Part shown: positions 1-10,909 of the stretch, piece by piece
How positions within the stretch are numbered: the stretch's first letter is position 1
How the letters are laid out: every line of letters starts with the position of its first letter
From: Mesotaenium endlicherianum
Taxonomy: Eukaryota
Direction of reading: 5' to 3'
Assembly (NCBI GenBank): GCA_009602735.1
Contig: WELA01001485.1
Coordinates: 124,001-188,000, forward strand
DNA: 64,000 nucleotides
Position numbers and translations under genes: made by a program
Notes under the pieces: generated by a model
What the model saw: only the letters and a program-made list of their open reading frames with translations
The model's database searches: none
What the model was told of the DNA's origin: nothing

Positions 1-107
1 GATACCCCTATCCGCTCTGCAAAGAGCGACGGATTCCCCGTTGCTTTCAGCCTGATCATGAAATCAATCCGGTTCAACTTATGAATGAACATGCGTCCCA
101 ATCCCAT
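1..107 (-). CDS. Partial small HTH-domain protein (5' end only, runs off the window)
   Basis: Own translation from ATG at 107: MGLGRMFIHKLNRIDFMIRLKATGNPSLFAERIGV..., resembling the Bacteroidota small HTH family (IRLKATG-P--FAE-LG-S). Not in the ORF track. Confidence 0.65.
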   Translation of the reverse strand, partial: MGLGRMFIHKLNRIDFMIRLKATGNPSLFAERIGV

Positions 108-214
108 AACAACTTTTTTTCTACAATCGAAATTAAGCCGGACTGGCACCGGTACGATCAGGTATAAGTACCCGTTTTTTGAATAGGACAGCATGAATTC
201 AGTTAACTTAGCTC

Positions 215-2503
215 ATGCGCTTTGCTATCATCATCCTTGGTTCATGCCTTATGCTGGCAAGCCCATCGAAAGCCCAGGCGCCACCCATCGGGCAGTGGCG
301 CGAACACCTCAATTACCGGCCGGCCATACAGATCATCAAAGCCAACCATATCTATTGCGCTACCGCCACCAACCTGTTTGCCGTTGATGCACAGGATGAA
401 ATGCAACGCTTCAGTAAAATGACCGGCCTCCATGATATAGGTATCAGTTGTATCGGTTGGGATGATCTCAGCTCCCAACTTGTTATTGCGTATAACAACA
501 GCAATATCGATGTACTCAAAAAGCAATCCATTACCAATATCGGCGATATCAAACGAAGCAGTATTGCAGGCAACAAATCCATCCATCATATTTTTTGCAG
601 GAATGGGCTCGCATACCTTTCCTGCGGACTCGGGATCATCGTAGTCAATCTGATCAAATACGAAATCAAAGACACCTGGTTCATTGGCGCCAATGGAGGG
701 CCAGTGAATGTACACAGCATGGCTGCCGACGCTGATTTCTTTTATGCCGCTACAGATGAAGGATTGAAAAAAGCATCCCGCCTCACCGATCTCTCCGACT
801 ACCGCAACTGGACCACACCCAGTGGCTTACCCGCCGGTAATATCAGCGCTGTAACAGTTGCAGCCAACCAAGTAATCGCTCAAAAAAACGATTCTCTTTT
901 CATTGCATCGGGCAATAACTGGAACCTCTTATATACAGATACTGCATGGTCTTTGAATAACATCACTGCATCGGGAAATAAAATCCTGGTCTGCCAGCAA
1001 AACAATACCGGTACAGCTCGTGTATTGCAATTGGCAACCAATGGCATCATAGAAAAAACCATTACCAATCCGGCACTGCTCTCCCATCCGTTATCAGCCA
1101 TTATCGATGCCGATAAAATATGGGTGGCCGACAGCCTCAATGGTCTTTCAAGGTTCACCGCAACAGGCGCTGACCGTTTCATTCCGAATGGGCCACCCGG
1201 TACAGTAACCGGTGAAATGATGAGTGATGGAAAACAACTTTTTGCAGCAGCCGGCAGTATCAACAACAGTTGGCAGCCGCAATACAACCGGAATGGAATA
1301 TTCCAATTGACGAACAATGAATGGAATTTTTACCGGTATGATAATACGCCGGCACTCAGCAATGCTTATGATTTCATTACGGTAGCCATCGACCCTATTG
1401 ATCAAACGCTTTGGGCCGGCAGTTTTGGAAGTGGCTTAGCACATTTCAAAAACAATAACGTTTCAATCTATCAAGCCAATAACAGCGCATTGCAGGCTGC
1501 TGTGAACAATCCGGGCAGTTACCAGGTAGGCGGACTGGCATTCGACCAAAACAACCATCTCTGGATAAGCAACTACGGTGCTGCGAAAGAGCTGGTGGTA
1601 AGGAAAGCCGACAGTTCATGGAAAGCATTTACCATACCGTTTCCACATACAGAAAATGCAGTGGGACAGGTATTGATCGATGATGCCGACCAGGTATGGA
1701 TCATCAGTCCAAAAGGCAACGGCATCTTCTGTTACAACCATGGCGCTTCCATTGACAACACCAATGATGATCAATGGAAGTTTTACCAACAGGGAAATGG
1801 CAAAGGAAATTTGCCCAGCAACAATGTATTGTGTATGGCAAAAGACAAGAACGGTTTTATCTGGATAGGCACCGATAAAGGCATTGGTATTGTTCAGTGT
1901 GCCGGCAATGTGTTTAGTCCGCAAGGATGCGATGCCCTGCTGCCCGTAGTACAGCAGGATCGTTTTGCAGGGTTATTGTTCCGCGATGAGATGGTGCAAT
2001 GCATAGCAGTAGACGGTGCAAACCGCAAATGGGTAGGAACAAAAAATGGCCTCTGGTTGCTTTCACAAGACGGCACTTCGATCGTGTACAGGTTTACCAG
2101 CGATAATAGTCCGCTGTTGAACAATGATATCCGGAAACTGACTATCGACCCGCATACCGGTGAAGTATTCATTGCAACGGCTATGGGCATCTGCAGTTTC
2201 AGAAGCACCGCCACCGAAGGAGCCCCATCCAACCAGAATGTATTGGTATTTCCAAACCCCGTACCACCGGGCTACAATGGAACCATCGCCATCAAGGGTC
2301 TTACCAATAATGCCCTCGTAAAAATAGCCGAATTGAATGGCCGGCTCGTTTATCAAACCCGCGCCCTGGGCGGTCAGGCCATATGGGATGGACGAACTTA
2401 CCTCGGTAATAAAGTTGCAAGCGGCATTTACCTCGTTATCGTACGCAGCGATTCAGGCAACGATAAGATCGTTACTAAGATCGCCATCACTTCGGGTCGT
2501 TGA
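215..2503 (+). CDS. porZ: Type IX secretion system anionic-LPS delivery protein PorZ-like (beta-propellers plus T9SS C-terminal domain)
   Basis: Signal peptide; N-terminal IGQWREHL; propeller repeats (DKNGFIWIGT, VDGANRKWVGT); CTD VFPNPV...SGIYLV...KIAI; 762 aa. Confidence 0.85.
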   Translation: MRFAIIILGSCLMLASPSKAQAPPIGQWREHLNYRPAIQIIKANHIYCATATNLFAVDAQDEMQRFSKMTGLHDIGISCIGWDDLSSQLVIAYNNSNIDVLKKQSITNIGDIKRSSIAGNKSIHHIFCRNGLAYLSCGLGIIVVNLIKYEIKDTWFIGANGGPVNVHSMAADADFFYAATDEGLKKASRLTDLSDYRNWTTPSGLPAGNISAVTVAANQVIAQKNDSLFIASGNNWNLLYTDTAWSLNNITASGNKILVCQQNNTGTARVLQLATNGIIEKTITNPALLSHPLSAIIDADKIWVADSLNGLSRFTATGADRFIPNGPPGTVTGEMMSDGKQLFAAAGSINNSWQPQYNRNGIFQLTNNEWNFYRYDNTPALSNAYDFITVAIDPIDQTLWAGSFGSGLAHFKNNNVSIYQANNSALQAAVNNPGSYQVGGLAFDQNNHLWISNYGAAKELVVRKADSSWKAFTIPFPHTENAVGQVLIDDADQVWIISPKGNGIFCYNHGASIDNTNDDQWKFYQQGNGKGNLPSNNVLCMAKDKNGFIWIGTDKGIGIVQCAGNVFSPQGCDALLPVVQQDRFAGLLFRDEMVQCIAVDGANRKWVGTKNGLWLLSQDGTSIVYRFTSDNSPLLNNDIRKLTIDPHTGEVFIATAMGICSFRSTATEGAPSNQNVLVFPNPVPPGYNGTIAIKGLTNNALVKIAELNGRLVYQTRALGGQAIWDGRTYLGNKVASGIYLVIVRSDSGNDKIVTKIAITSGR

Positions 2504-2511
2504 CAAACAAC

Positions 2512-3570
2512 TTAATCCCTGTCGGCCATTTTTGTTTGTTTGAAGAAAGCAGCGCGGCGTGGTGCAGGGAACGGCACATGATCTCCTTTGAGTCCGTGCC
2601 ATAATACTTTATTGAATTCAAGATCCGGCACCGCATCTTCTTTGGCAAGGTCAAATTTCTCAGATCTTCTTTGCCATTCGTTCATGGCTGTATTCTTTTC
2701 ACTCAAGTTGATATTCGCCGGCCTTGCAGTAAACCCTTTGGAATCGGCAGTGGAAGCAAATGAACGCCACGTAGGAGTAACTGCCGCATCATATTGGCTC
2801 ATGGGCGGAATGCCCAGGATCAATTCAATGGTGCGCAACATAGATGAAGTGGAATATATGGTATGATCTACAAAATTTCTTTTTACAAAACCACCGGCTA
2901 CATACGCCGTACTGCGGTGTGCATCTACATAAAAATTATCCAGTAATACAAATTCTTTTGCTAATGCGTGCTGGTTGGGCGTTATATGCTCTCCAAACAG
3001 TACCAGCGACTGATCGCCATTGCCTTCTTTCATATCACCCAATACCTGATCGTAAGTCCTGTTTTCTTTTATCACATAGAACACATATTTGATAGGGCTT
3101 TTCTCTCCTACTTTATGCGGAATGGGATTGCCTTCCTCAGCTTGTGTAAGCATTTCCTTTCCCTTGCTGTAAGGTGTATTGCTGTATACCTGGTGCGACC
3201 ATGCTGTTAGCACCATCTCGTTGGGATTATCTCCAACAGGTATTTCGGCTTTGATGTTTCTTTTTTCCGTATCGAACACATACACTTTATCGCATCCCCA
3301 GCAACTGATGTACAACTCTTTTGCATTGGGCGAAAGCACACAGGCGTAAGCTTCTCTACCAAGGGCAAAAGGTTCAGCTATTTTTTTTTGTTTTCAGGTC
3401 GATGATATACAACGCGTTGTTCTCTTCGGTAACGCCATTTTTTACCCAGTACGATGGTGTTTTTGAGGATGAGTTTTTTATTTTCTACAGCAGATTCAGC
3501 AATCCAGTTATCATTACCACCGGAAGCATACAATTTTTTTTCATCGCCGCTGAATTTCAATTTAGGGAAG
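2512..3570 (-). pseudogene. Decayed YncE/YVTN beta-propeller plus alkaline-phosphatase-superfamily phosphoesterase gene
   Basis: Fragments LYASGGNDN, IPVGDNPNEM, IKYVFYVIKENRTYDQVLGD, LLDNFYVDA|HRSTAYV and SMLRTIELILG sit far closer together than in full-length homologues; frameshifts at ~3380-3435; no signal peptide. Confidence 0.8.
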
Positions 3571-3648
3571 GATAAAATACAAATGCAGTTGCGATATGGG
3601 GAACTACATCGATGAATTAATGCTTTGCTAATATGAAACGGATGTTAG

Positions 3649-4227
3649 CTATTGTTTTGTGTATTCGTAAGAACGGATGACTTTAAACTTGAGCATGTTC
3701 CTTTCACCGGGCACTACGCGGTACAATACCTGCCGCATTTTACCGGTAGGATGAGCGCCAAGGCTATCCGTAACATACAGCGGATACCGGCGCATCAGGG
3801 TACCTTCCATCAAATTAAAGTCGTCGAAGCCCCTGTAACCTTCCCGCAGTTTCTGGTCATCCAATACATCGGGAAGAATAATCGGGTTAACCGATTGGTT
3901 CTTATCGGAGCTGATGCCTATCACTGTTCCTTTTTGCAGTGAGTCGCCCGGGAAAACATACAGCACCACATCGGGGAACCCGTCGTTGTTAAGATCGTCG
4001 ATTTCAGCTTTTTTGATCCTGCCCTTGATCTCGATGCTGAATTCACGCGCCTGGTTTTCAAAACCAATCGGATTGATGGTAGCGTCATTCTTTTCGGGAT
4101 TCCTGTTACTGCAGGTGATCCTGTAACCTACTTTACCAATTTTCAACGTGGTATCTATCCGCCTCGACTGGCCATGCACTGCGAACGCGCCGATGCAAAA
4201 AACCAGTAATATAAAAAACTGTTTCAT
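3649..4227 (-). CDS. Secreted protein, PliI-like lysozyme-inhibitor family (tentative)
   Basis: Signal peptide; DLNNDGFPD and GYRGFDDF...RRYPLY resemble Bacteroidota PliI-like proteins. Confidence 0.5.
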   Translation of the reverse strand: MKQFFILLVFCIGAFAVHGQSRRIDTTLKIGKVGYRITCSNRNPEKNDATINPIGFENQAREFSIEIKGRIKKAEIDDLNNDGFPDVVLYVFPGDSLQKGTVIGISSDKNQSVNPIILPDVLDDQKLREGYRGFDDFNLMEGTLMRRYPLYVTDSLGAHPTGKMRQVLYRVVPGERNMLKFKVIRSYEYTKQ

Positions 4228-4264
4228 CGGTAGCCAAGGTATAAAATATTATCCATTCCGGTGC

Positions 4265-7200
4265 TTACATATTTCTCCGGTATTGGCCACCCACTTCATA
4301 CAATGCATGGGTAATCTGGCCGAGGGAACAATACTTGGCCGTTTCCATCAAAACTGCAAACAGGTTCTCGTTTTGCATGGCGGCTTCTTTAAGCCGGCTC
4401 AGCTCCCGGGCAGATCGCTGTTCGTTCCTTTTCCAGAAAGCGTGCAGGTTTTGTATTTGTTGTTCTTTTTCTTCCGTGTTGGAGCGGATCACTTCGCCGG
4501 GTAAAGTAGTGGGACTTCCATTCTTATTCAGGAATGTATTAACGCCCACCAACGGCAACTCACCGGTATGTTTGAGGGTTTCGTAATGCAAACTTTCCTC
4601 CTGTATCTTATTGCGCTGGTACATTCTTTCCATAGCGCCTAATACGCCTCCTCGTTCTGTGATACGGTCAAATTCGGCCAGTACCGCCTCTTCTACCAGG
4701 TCGGTCAGTTCTTCAATGGCAAAACTGCCCTGGATAAAATTCTCTGTCTTGGCCGAACCTAATTCGCGGTTAATGATCAGCTGGATGGCCATGGCGCGAC
4801 GCACGCTTTCTTCTGTAGGCGTGGTGATGGCTTCATCATAGGCATTGGTGTGAAGACTGTTGCAATTATCGTATATGGCATACAATGCCTGTAACGTAGT
4901 ACGTATATCGTTGAAATCTATTTCCTGCGCATGCAAACTGCGGCCGCTGGTTTGGATATGGTATTTAAGTTTCTGCGAGCGGTCATTGCCTTTGTATTTA
5001 TTTTTCATGGCCTTCGCCCAGATACGCCTGGCCACACGCCCGATGACACTGTATTCGGGATCCATACCATTACTGAAGAAGAAAGAGAGATTGGGTGCAA
5101 AATCATCGATGTGCATTCCTCTGCTCAGGTAATACTCCACATAGGTAAAACCATTTGCCAATGTGAATGCCAGTTGTGTAATAGGATTGGCGCCCGCTTC
5201 GGCAATATGGTATCCGCTGATACTGACGCTGTAAAAATTACGCACTTTATGATCGATGAAATAAGATTGCACATCACCCATCAGCTTCAATGCAAACTCG
5301 GTAGAAAAGATACAGGTATTCTGTGCCTGGTCTTCTTTGAGTATATCGGCCTGCACAGTGCCGCGCACTTGTGACAATGCCTCTGCCTTCAGTTGTTCAT
5401 ACACTTCCCTGGTCAACACTTCATCACCGCTCAATCCCAGCAGCCGCAGCCCAAGGCCGTTGTTACCTTCTGGTAATCGTTCCGGTGAAGCAGGGTTATA
5501 ATAATGCGGACGAGGAGCACGTTGGTATTTCTTTTCCATTGCTGCTTCCACCAGCGGCCATTGACCATTGGCTTCGATCCATTTTTCACAAAGCTGATCG
5601 ATCGCTGCATTCATGAAGAATGCCAGCAGTATAGGCGCCGGTCCGTTGATGGTCATGCTTACAGAGGTTTTCGGATCGCAGAGATCGAACCCGCTGTATA
5701 ATTTTTTCGCATCGTCTACTGTTGCAATGCTCACACCGCTGTTACCTACTTTGCCGTAAATATCAGGCCGGCTGGCCGGGTCTTCTCCATACAATGTAAC
5801 ACTGTCAAATGCTGTAGAGAGGCGTATGGCCGGCTGGCCAAGCGATACATAGTGAAACCTTTTGTTGGTCCTTTCGGGTCCGCCTTCACCTGCGAACATA
5901 CGCGTGGGGTCTTCACCTTGTCGCTTCAGTTCAAAAACACCTGCTGTATAAGGAAATTCACCCGGTACATTTTCCTGGAGCTGCCAGCGCAGGATATCGC
6001 CCCAATCCTTGTATTTCGGTAATACAAGCCTGGGTATGCGCGAGCCGCTCAATGAAGTAGTGGTCAATGGTTGTTTGATGATCTTATCGCGTACCTGGTA
6101 TTCAAAAAAGTCTGCCTTGTATCGCGCAACCAATCCGGACCATGATTGAATTAGCTTCCTGCAATCCGCATCCAGTTTTGCATCGAATTCATTGTAAATG
6201 CTTTCCAGCGCAGCTTTTAGCTCGGATTTCACTTCCTGCATAGCGCCGTGTAACTGGTACAGTTTGGTTGCAATCACAGCCTGATCCTGTACCCATGCGT
6301 CGTAAGCCCGGTTATTATCGGCTATTTCAGAGAGATAACGCACTCTTTTGGGGGGAATGATCTGGGAACGTGTAGTGGTCTCGTGGTCATGAGGATGAAT
6401 AGCTATCTGCCCGAATGCAACACCTGTTTTTTCCCGTAGGGTCACCATCATTTTTTCAAATAGCTCATTGATGCCGCTATCATTGAACTGTGCAGCAATG
6501 GTGCCTATTATCGGCAGTTCTTCATCTTTAGCAGTCCACAGTCCGTGATTCCGTTTGTATTGTTTGCGCACATCATGCAACGCATCAAGTGCGCCGGCCT
6601 TATCGAATTTATTGATACAGACAAGATCGGCATAATCAAGCATGTTGATCTTTTCCAGTTGTGAAGCCGCTCCATACTCTGGTGTCATCACATAAAGACT
6701 TACATCGCAGTAATCGAGGATCGAAGCATCGCTTTGCCCTACACCTGCCGATTCCAGTATGATCAGATCGAAAGCCGCTTTCCTGCAAACATCAATAGCA
6801 TCCTGCACATAAGCGCTCAACGCCGTATTGTCATCCCTGGTAGCCAGGCTGCGCATATACGCACGCGGATGTGAGATCGAATTCATACGTATCCTGTCGC
6901 CCAGCAAAGCGCCGCCTGTTTTTTTCTTAGAAGGATCTACCGAGATCACCGCGAGTGTTTTATCTTCAAACAGGTTGAGGAATCTTCTTACAATCTCATC
7001 TGTTACACTGCTCTTGCCTGCACCTCCTGTGCCCGTAATGCCTAATACAGGAATAGCAGGTATCTCACCGTTTACTTTTGTATTTCCTCCTCCATTTTCC
7101 GCATTCGTGATTTCCCGTGCCAACTTGCGTATGTCTTTCACTTCACCCAATGTCATAGCACGTTCATAAACGCCATTGCCATTCAGACCAAAATCGCATT

Positions 7201-7612
7201 GTTTGATCACGTCTTCGATCATGCCTTCCAGTCCCATCCGGCGGCCATCATCCGGACTATATATCCGCGTGATACCATATTGCTGTAATTCCCTGATCTC
7301 TTCCGGCAGGATGGTGCCACCGCCACCGCCGAATATTTTGATATGCCCGCAACCATTCTGGTCTAACAGGTCTTTCATGTACTTGAAAAATTCTACGTGT
7401 CCTCCCTGGTAACTGGTAATGGCAATACCCTGCACGTCTTCTTCAATGGCACATTCCACAATATCTGCCACGCTGCGGTTATGCCCGAGGTGAATGATCT
7501 CTGCTCCTTTTGCCTGTAAGATGCGGCGCATGATATTGATGGCCGCGTCGTGGCCGTCGAAAAGACTGGCCGCTGTTACGATCCTGATCTTATGCCGGGG
7601 TTGATAAGACAT
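4265..7612 (-). CDS. icmF: Fused B12-dependent isobutyryl-CoA mutase / MeaI GTPase chaperone
   Basis: N-terminal B12-binding DGHD motif; P-loop GTGGAGKSS; mutase domain [28 protein letters not shown]; 1115 aa. Confidence 0.92.
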   Translation of the reverse strand: MSYQPRHKIRIVTAASLFDGHDAAINIMRRILQAKGAEIIHLGHNRSVADIVECAIEEDVQGIAITSYQGGHVEFFKYMKDLLDQNGCGHIKIFGGGGGTILPEEIRELQQYGITRIYSPDDGRRMGLEGMIEDVIKQCDFGLNGNGVYERAMTLGEVKDIRKLAREITNAENGGGNTKVNGEIPAIPVLGITGTGGAGKSSVTDEIVRRFLNLFEDKTLAVISVDPSKKKTGGALLGDRIRMNSISHPRAYMRSLATRDDNTALSAYVQDAIDVCRKAAFDLIILESAGVGQSDASILDYCDVSLYVMTPEYGAASQLEKINMLDYADLVCINKFDKAGALDALHDVRKQYKRNHGLWTAKDEELPIIGTIAAQFNDSGINELFEKMMVTLREKTGVAFGQIAIHPHDHETTTRSQIIPPKRVRYLSEIADNNRAYDAWVQDQAVIATKLYQLHGAMQEVKSELKAALESIYNEFDAKLDADCRKLIQSWSGLVARYKADFFEYQVRDKIIKQPLTTTSLSGSRIPRLVLPKYKDWGDILRWQLQENVPGEFPYTAGVFELKRQGEDPTRMFAGEGGPERTNKRFHYVSLGQPAIRLSTAFDSVTLYGEDPASRPDIYGKVGNSGVSIATVDDAKKLYSGFDLCDPKTSVSMTINGPAPILLAFFMNAAIDQLCEKWIEANGQWPLVEAAMEKKYQRAPRPHYYNPASPERLPEGNNGLGLRLLGLSGDEVLTREVYEQLKAEALSQVRGTVQADILKEDQAQNTCIFSTEFALKLMGDVQSYFIDHKVRNFYSVSISGYHIAEAGANPITQLAFTLANGFTYVEYYLSRGMHIDDFAPNLSFFFSNGMDPEYSVIGRVARRIWAKAMKNKYKGNDRSQKLKYHIQTSGRSLHAQEIDFNDIRTTLQALYAIYDNCNSLHTNAYDEAITTPTEESVRRAMAIQLIINRELGSAKTENFIQGSFAIEELTDLVEEAVLAEFDRITERGGVLGAMERMYQRNKIQEESLHYETLKHTGELPLVGVNTFLNKNGSPTTLPGEVIRSNTEEKEQQIQNLHAFWKRNEQRSARELSRLKEAAMQNENLFAVLMETAKYCSLGQITHALYEVGGQYRRNM

Positions 7613-7634
7613 ATTGTATAGTTAGTATAGACGG

Positions 7635-7685
7635 CAAAATTACAATATTGCATGCAATAGTTAACAACTGTTAGTTTTAACAGTT
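7635..7685. promoter_or_regulatory. icmF -7 promoter element plus two operator-like palindromes in the divergent intergenic region
   Basis: Minus-strand TAATTTTG at 7635-7642; perfect palindrome TATTGCATGCAATA at 7646-7659; inverted repeat AACTGTTA-N4-TAACAGTT at 7666-7685. Confidence 0.55.
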
Positions 7686-7732
7686 TCATTTTTGCAAGTC
7701 AAAACTTATTATTTTGCCGCTCAAATCGTTTT

Positions 7733-8692
7733 ATGTCTTTTGAGGTGCTCATTGATCGTTCCGCCCAATATCCTGTTATTACGTTGAGAAATAAGGTTTG
7801 GGGGGCGGAAGCTGAAGTTTATGGTTTTGGGGGATTGCTGAATGCTTTCCGTTTACCCGTTGACGGCCGGCTGGTGAACGTGGTAGAAGGTTTTGCTTCG
7901 GTTGCCGATGCCATAGCCAATATTACCCATGGTTTTAAGAGCGCCAAGCTGAGTCCTTATGTTTGCCGGCTGCACAAGGGCAGTTATGCATTTCAGGACA
8001 GATCATTCAAAGTGAATGGTTTTTATATGGGCGATCATGCCATTCATGGCCTTATTTATAACCAGCCTTTCGATATCATCCAAACAAATGAAGATGCTAC
8101 ACAGGCAGCCGTAACACTGCAATACCAATACGATGGTGGTGATGCCGGTTATCCTTTTCCATTTACCATGCAGGTTCAGTGGAAACTCAGCGATGGCGGA
8201 TCTTCGGGCGACCGGCTCACAGTCGTTACCAGTTTTACCAACAGACACTATGATGTGGTTCCTTTGTCGGATGGATGGCACCCGTATTTTACATTGGGAA
8301 ACAACCTGGACGACTATTCGCTGCAATTCAATTCCGGTATGCAAGTAGCCTTCAGTAAAGACCTGCTCCCCACAGGCGATACGTTACCTGATGAACGTTT
8401 CCTGCATGGTGCATCGTTGAAAGGGATTGAGCTGGACAATTGTTTTTTGCTCGATACGTCGAAAGCATCTTCACGCTGTATATTGCAGAACGGGCGTCTC
8501 CGCCTCACCATCGAGCCCAATGCTTCTTATCCCTATTTACAGATCTACACGCCTCCGCACCGCAAAAGCATTGCTATTGAAAACCTCAGCAGCGCACCGG
8601 ATGCGTTCAATAATGGTATTGGTTTGATTGTGGTGAACAGCGGCGAGAAAAAAGAATTTTCTACCAGTTATGTGTTGATGGCTGATGCCTGA
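7733..8692 (+). CDS. Aldose 1-epimerase family protein
   Basis: HAIHGL, GYPFPF, GWHPYF, LDNCF, LQIYTP, IAIEN motifs. Confidence 0.88.
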   Translation: MSFEVLIDRSAQYPVITLRNKVWGAEAEVYGFGGLLNAFRLPVDGRLVNVVEGFASVADAIANITHGFKSAKLSPYVCRLHKGSYAFQDRSFKVNGFYMGDHAIHGLIYNQPFDIIQTNEDATQAAVTLQYQYDGGDAGYPFPFTMQVQWKLSDGGSSGDRLTVVTSFTNRHYDVVPLSDGWHPYFTLGNNLDDYSLQFNSGMQVAFSKDLLPTGDTLPDERFLHGASLKGIELDNCFLLDTSKASSRCILQNGRLRLTIEPNASYPYLQIYTPPHRKSIAIENLSSAPDAFNNGIGLIVVNSGEKKEFSTSYVLMADA

Positions 8693-8695
8693 TGG

Positions 8696-9076
8696 TTATC
8701 CCACCGCTATTACACTGATCTCCACATTTACCCCTTTGGGCAAGCCTTTCACAGCAACTGTTTCACGGGCAGGATAGGCACCTGTAAAATAAGAACCATA
8801 GATTTCGTTTACCGATGCAAAGAGGTTCATATCACTGAGGAAAATGGTGGTTTTAACGATATGGGAAAAATCCAGTTTCGCTTCTTCGAGTATGGCCTGG
8901 ATATTTTTCATCACCTGGTGCGTCTCTGTCTGAATCGTACCGGTTTCAAGCGCTCCTGTTTCAGGAACGATGGCCACCTGGCCACTCACGAATAAAAAGC
9001 CATTGGCGCGGATGGCCTGGTTATAAGGTCCGATAGGAGCCGGCGCTTTATCGGTTTGCACAATCTGTTTTGACAT
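8696..9076 (-). CDS. ridA: RidA / YjgF-UK114 reactive intermediate deaminase
   Basis: APAPIGPYNQA, VSGQ, PARETV, VEI motifs; start taken at MSKQIV. Confidence 0.9.
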   Translation of the reverse strand: MSKQIVQTDKAPAPIGPYNQAIRANGFLFVSGQVAIVPETGALETGTIQTETHQVMKNIQAILEEAKLDFSHIVKTTIFLSDMNLFASVNEIYGSYFTGAYPARETVAVKGLPKGVNVEISVIAVG

Positions 9077-9143
9077 CTGGTTTGTTTTGATCCTTTGCAA
9101 ATTGATGCATTTCTATGATCCTGCCAACCTAAATTTGCGTTCT

Positions 9144-9749
9144 ATGCACATTGCAATACAGGCAAATACACAACAGAAGGAATTGTTGCTGCAAAAAGGT
9201 ATTCCGGCCGGCATCAGCGTAAGTTGGCTGGTGGAAGGCATGGCATTGCCTGTTGCCGATGCCTACTTCGATTTTTTGGGTACGGATGATGTATTCGCAA
9301 CCGTAAAAGACCAGCCCGTCTTTATCAATGAAGTATTGCGCACCGGCAGGCAACTTCCGCTGAATTGCATTCGTGTCAATGCCTGGAATAGTTTCCTCGA
9401 AAGGCCCGTATTGGAAATAGCGGGAGAACATAACAGGGCTGCAGGAGAAAACATACTCCGGTCATTGAACTGGAAATACCAATGGGTGCCGGATGAACCT
9501 GGTTTTATTGCTGCCAGGATAGTATGCATGATCATCAATGAAGCTTATTTTGCACTGGGTCAGGAACTAAGTTCCAAAAATGAGATGGATATCGCTATGA
9601 AACTGGGTACCAATTACCCGATGGGACCGTTTGAATGGGCAGAGCAGATCGGTACCAGGCAGGTATATGATTTATTGAAAATACTGGAGCGTGAAGACAA
9701 ACGCTATACGCCGTCCGGACTGCTCGAAAAAGAAGCATTGCAATCATAA
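9144..9749 (+). CDS. 3-hydroxyacyl-CoA dehydrogenase family protein (C-terminal dimerisation domain; degenerate N-terminus)
   Basis: DEPGFIAARI...INEA...DIAMKLGTNYPMGPF; no GxGxxG motif visible. Confidence 0.75.
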   Translation: MHIAIQANTQQKELLLQKGIPAGISVSWLVEGMALPVADAYFDFLGTDDVFATVKDQPVFINEVLRTGRQLPLNCIRVNAWNSFLERPVLEIAGEHNRAAGENILRSLNWKYQWVPDEPGFIAARIVCMIINEAYFALGQELSSKNEMDIAMKLGTNYPMGPFEWAEQIGTRQVYDLLKILEREDKRYTPSGLLEKEALQS

Positions 9750-9750
9750 G

Positions 9751-10449
9751 ATGCCAACCATTTTACATATAGATACAGCTACAGAGCAGGCGGGTGTTTG
9801 TATCAGCCGTGATCAAACCGTTCTGCACCTGCTCGAAAGTCCCGACCAGAAAAACCATGCGGCTTTTGTGCAACCCGCTATTCAACAGTTATTGCAAGAG
9901 ACGGGCATTGCGCTTTCCGGCATTGATGCAGTGGCCGTTGTAGCCGGGCCGGGCAGTTATACCGGGCTGCGGGTGGGACTGGCTTCTGCCAAAGGCATTT
10001 GTTATGCCCTCCAAAAACCCCTTATCCTGTTGAACACCCTGAAAGTGATGGCACAGGCATTGATCAGCAATAGTTCCTACACACAGGAACCTGTTGTTGG
10101 CAACGACCTTGTTTGCCCGCTGATCGACGCCCGCCGGATGGAAGTGTTTACAGCAGTGTACGACACATCATTGCGGGAAACCTGGCCACCGCAAGCATTG
10201 ATACTGGAAGCGGGTTCTTTCAGCAGTTTGCTCGATAAGGGTCGTGTGCATTTTTGTGGAAGCGGTCTGCAAAAACTGGAGGGATTGATCCATCATGCCC
10301 ATGCTGTTTTTCACCATTCAGGGCACAGTGTAAGGGATATGATAACGCTTGCGGAAGAAGCCTTTGAGACTCAATCTTTTGCTGATCTTGCCTATAGTGA
10401 GCCTTTATATGTCAAAGAGTTTTTTGATAGTTCTAAAGCCGTTAGGTAA
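9751..10449 (+). CDS. tsaB: tRNA t6A biosynthesis protein TsaB
   Basis: ILHIDTAT, GPGSYTGLRVG, IDARRMEV, EPLY motifs. Confidence 0.95.
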   Translation: MPTILHIDTATEQAGVCISRDQTVLHLLESPDQKNHAAFVQPAIQQLLQETGIALSGIDAVAVVAGPGSYTGLRVGLASAKGICYALQKPLILLNTLKVMAQALISNSSYTQEPVVGNDLVCPLIDARRMEVFTAVYDTSLRETWPPQALILEAGSFSSLLDKGRVHFCGSGLQKLEGLIHHAHAVFHHSGHSVRDMITLAEEAFETQSFADLAYSEPLYVKEFFDSSKAVR

Positions 10450-10555
10450 AGTATTTTTTTGTATTCACAAAAATTATACTATAAAACCCGAACATTATTG
10501 TAGCTTTACAGGTACAATTTGAGTTTCTTAACCCCCCAATATAACTTTTATTGTC

Positions 10556-10891
10556 ATGAGTCAATCATTACAGTCTGTTGTTCTCAACAACGGCAAAACG
10601 CAACTAAAAGTTGATTTCTTGCATACCAAGAAAGCAGCTCTTATCCTTCGATCGGTGAATCACAAGCTTCGTCAGCAGATCATCAAATTACTGGATGATC
10701 ACCAGAAAATGACCGTTACCGAAATCTATGTAAAACTGAGGCTTGAACAATCTGTTGCTTCGCAGCACCTGGCTATTCTGAGAAGGGCCGGCATTGTGAG
10801 TACTGCGCGCGATGGAAAATTCATTTTTTATTCTGTCAACTATGCCCGCCTGGCTGAAGTAGTGGGATTTGTTGAAACCTTGGTAGCCTGA
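10556..10891 (+). CDS. ArsR/SmtB family transcriptional regulator
   Basis: R..II.LL...MTVTEI...EQSVASQHLAILRRAGIV...RDGKFIFY winged HTH. Confidence 0.9.
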   Translation: MSQSLQSVVLNNGKTQLKVDFLHTKKAALILRSVNHKLRQQIIKLLDDHQKMTVTEIYVKLRLEQSVASQHLAILRRAGIVSTARDGKFIFYSVNYARLAEVVGFVETLVA

Positions 10892-10909
10892 TATCTAAAA
10901 TTTGTTGTG

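Noticed and set aside
144..160. TGGCAC upstream of porZ as a sigma54 promoter
   Set aside because: No TTGC-like -12 element at the required spacing.
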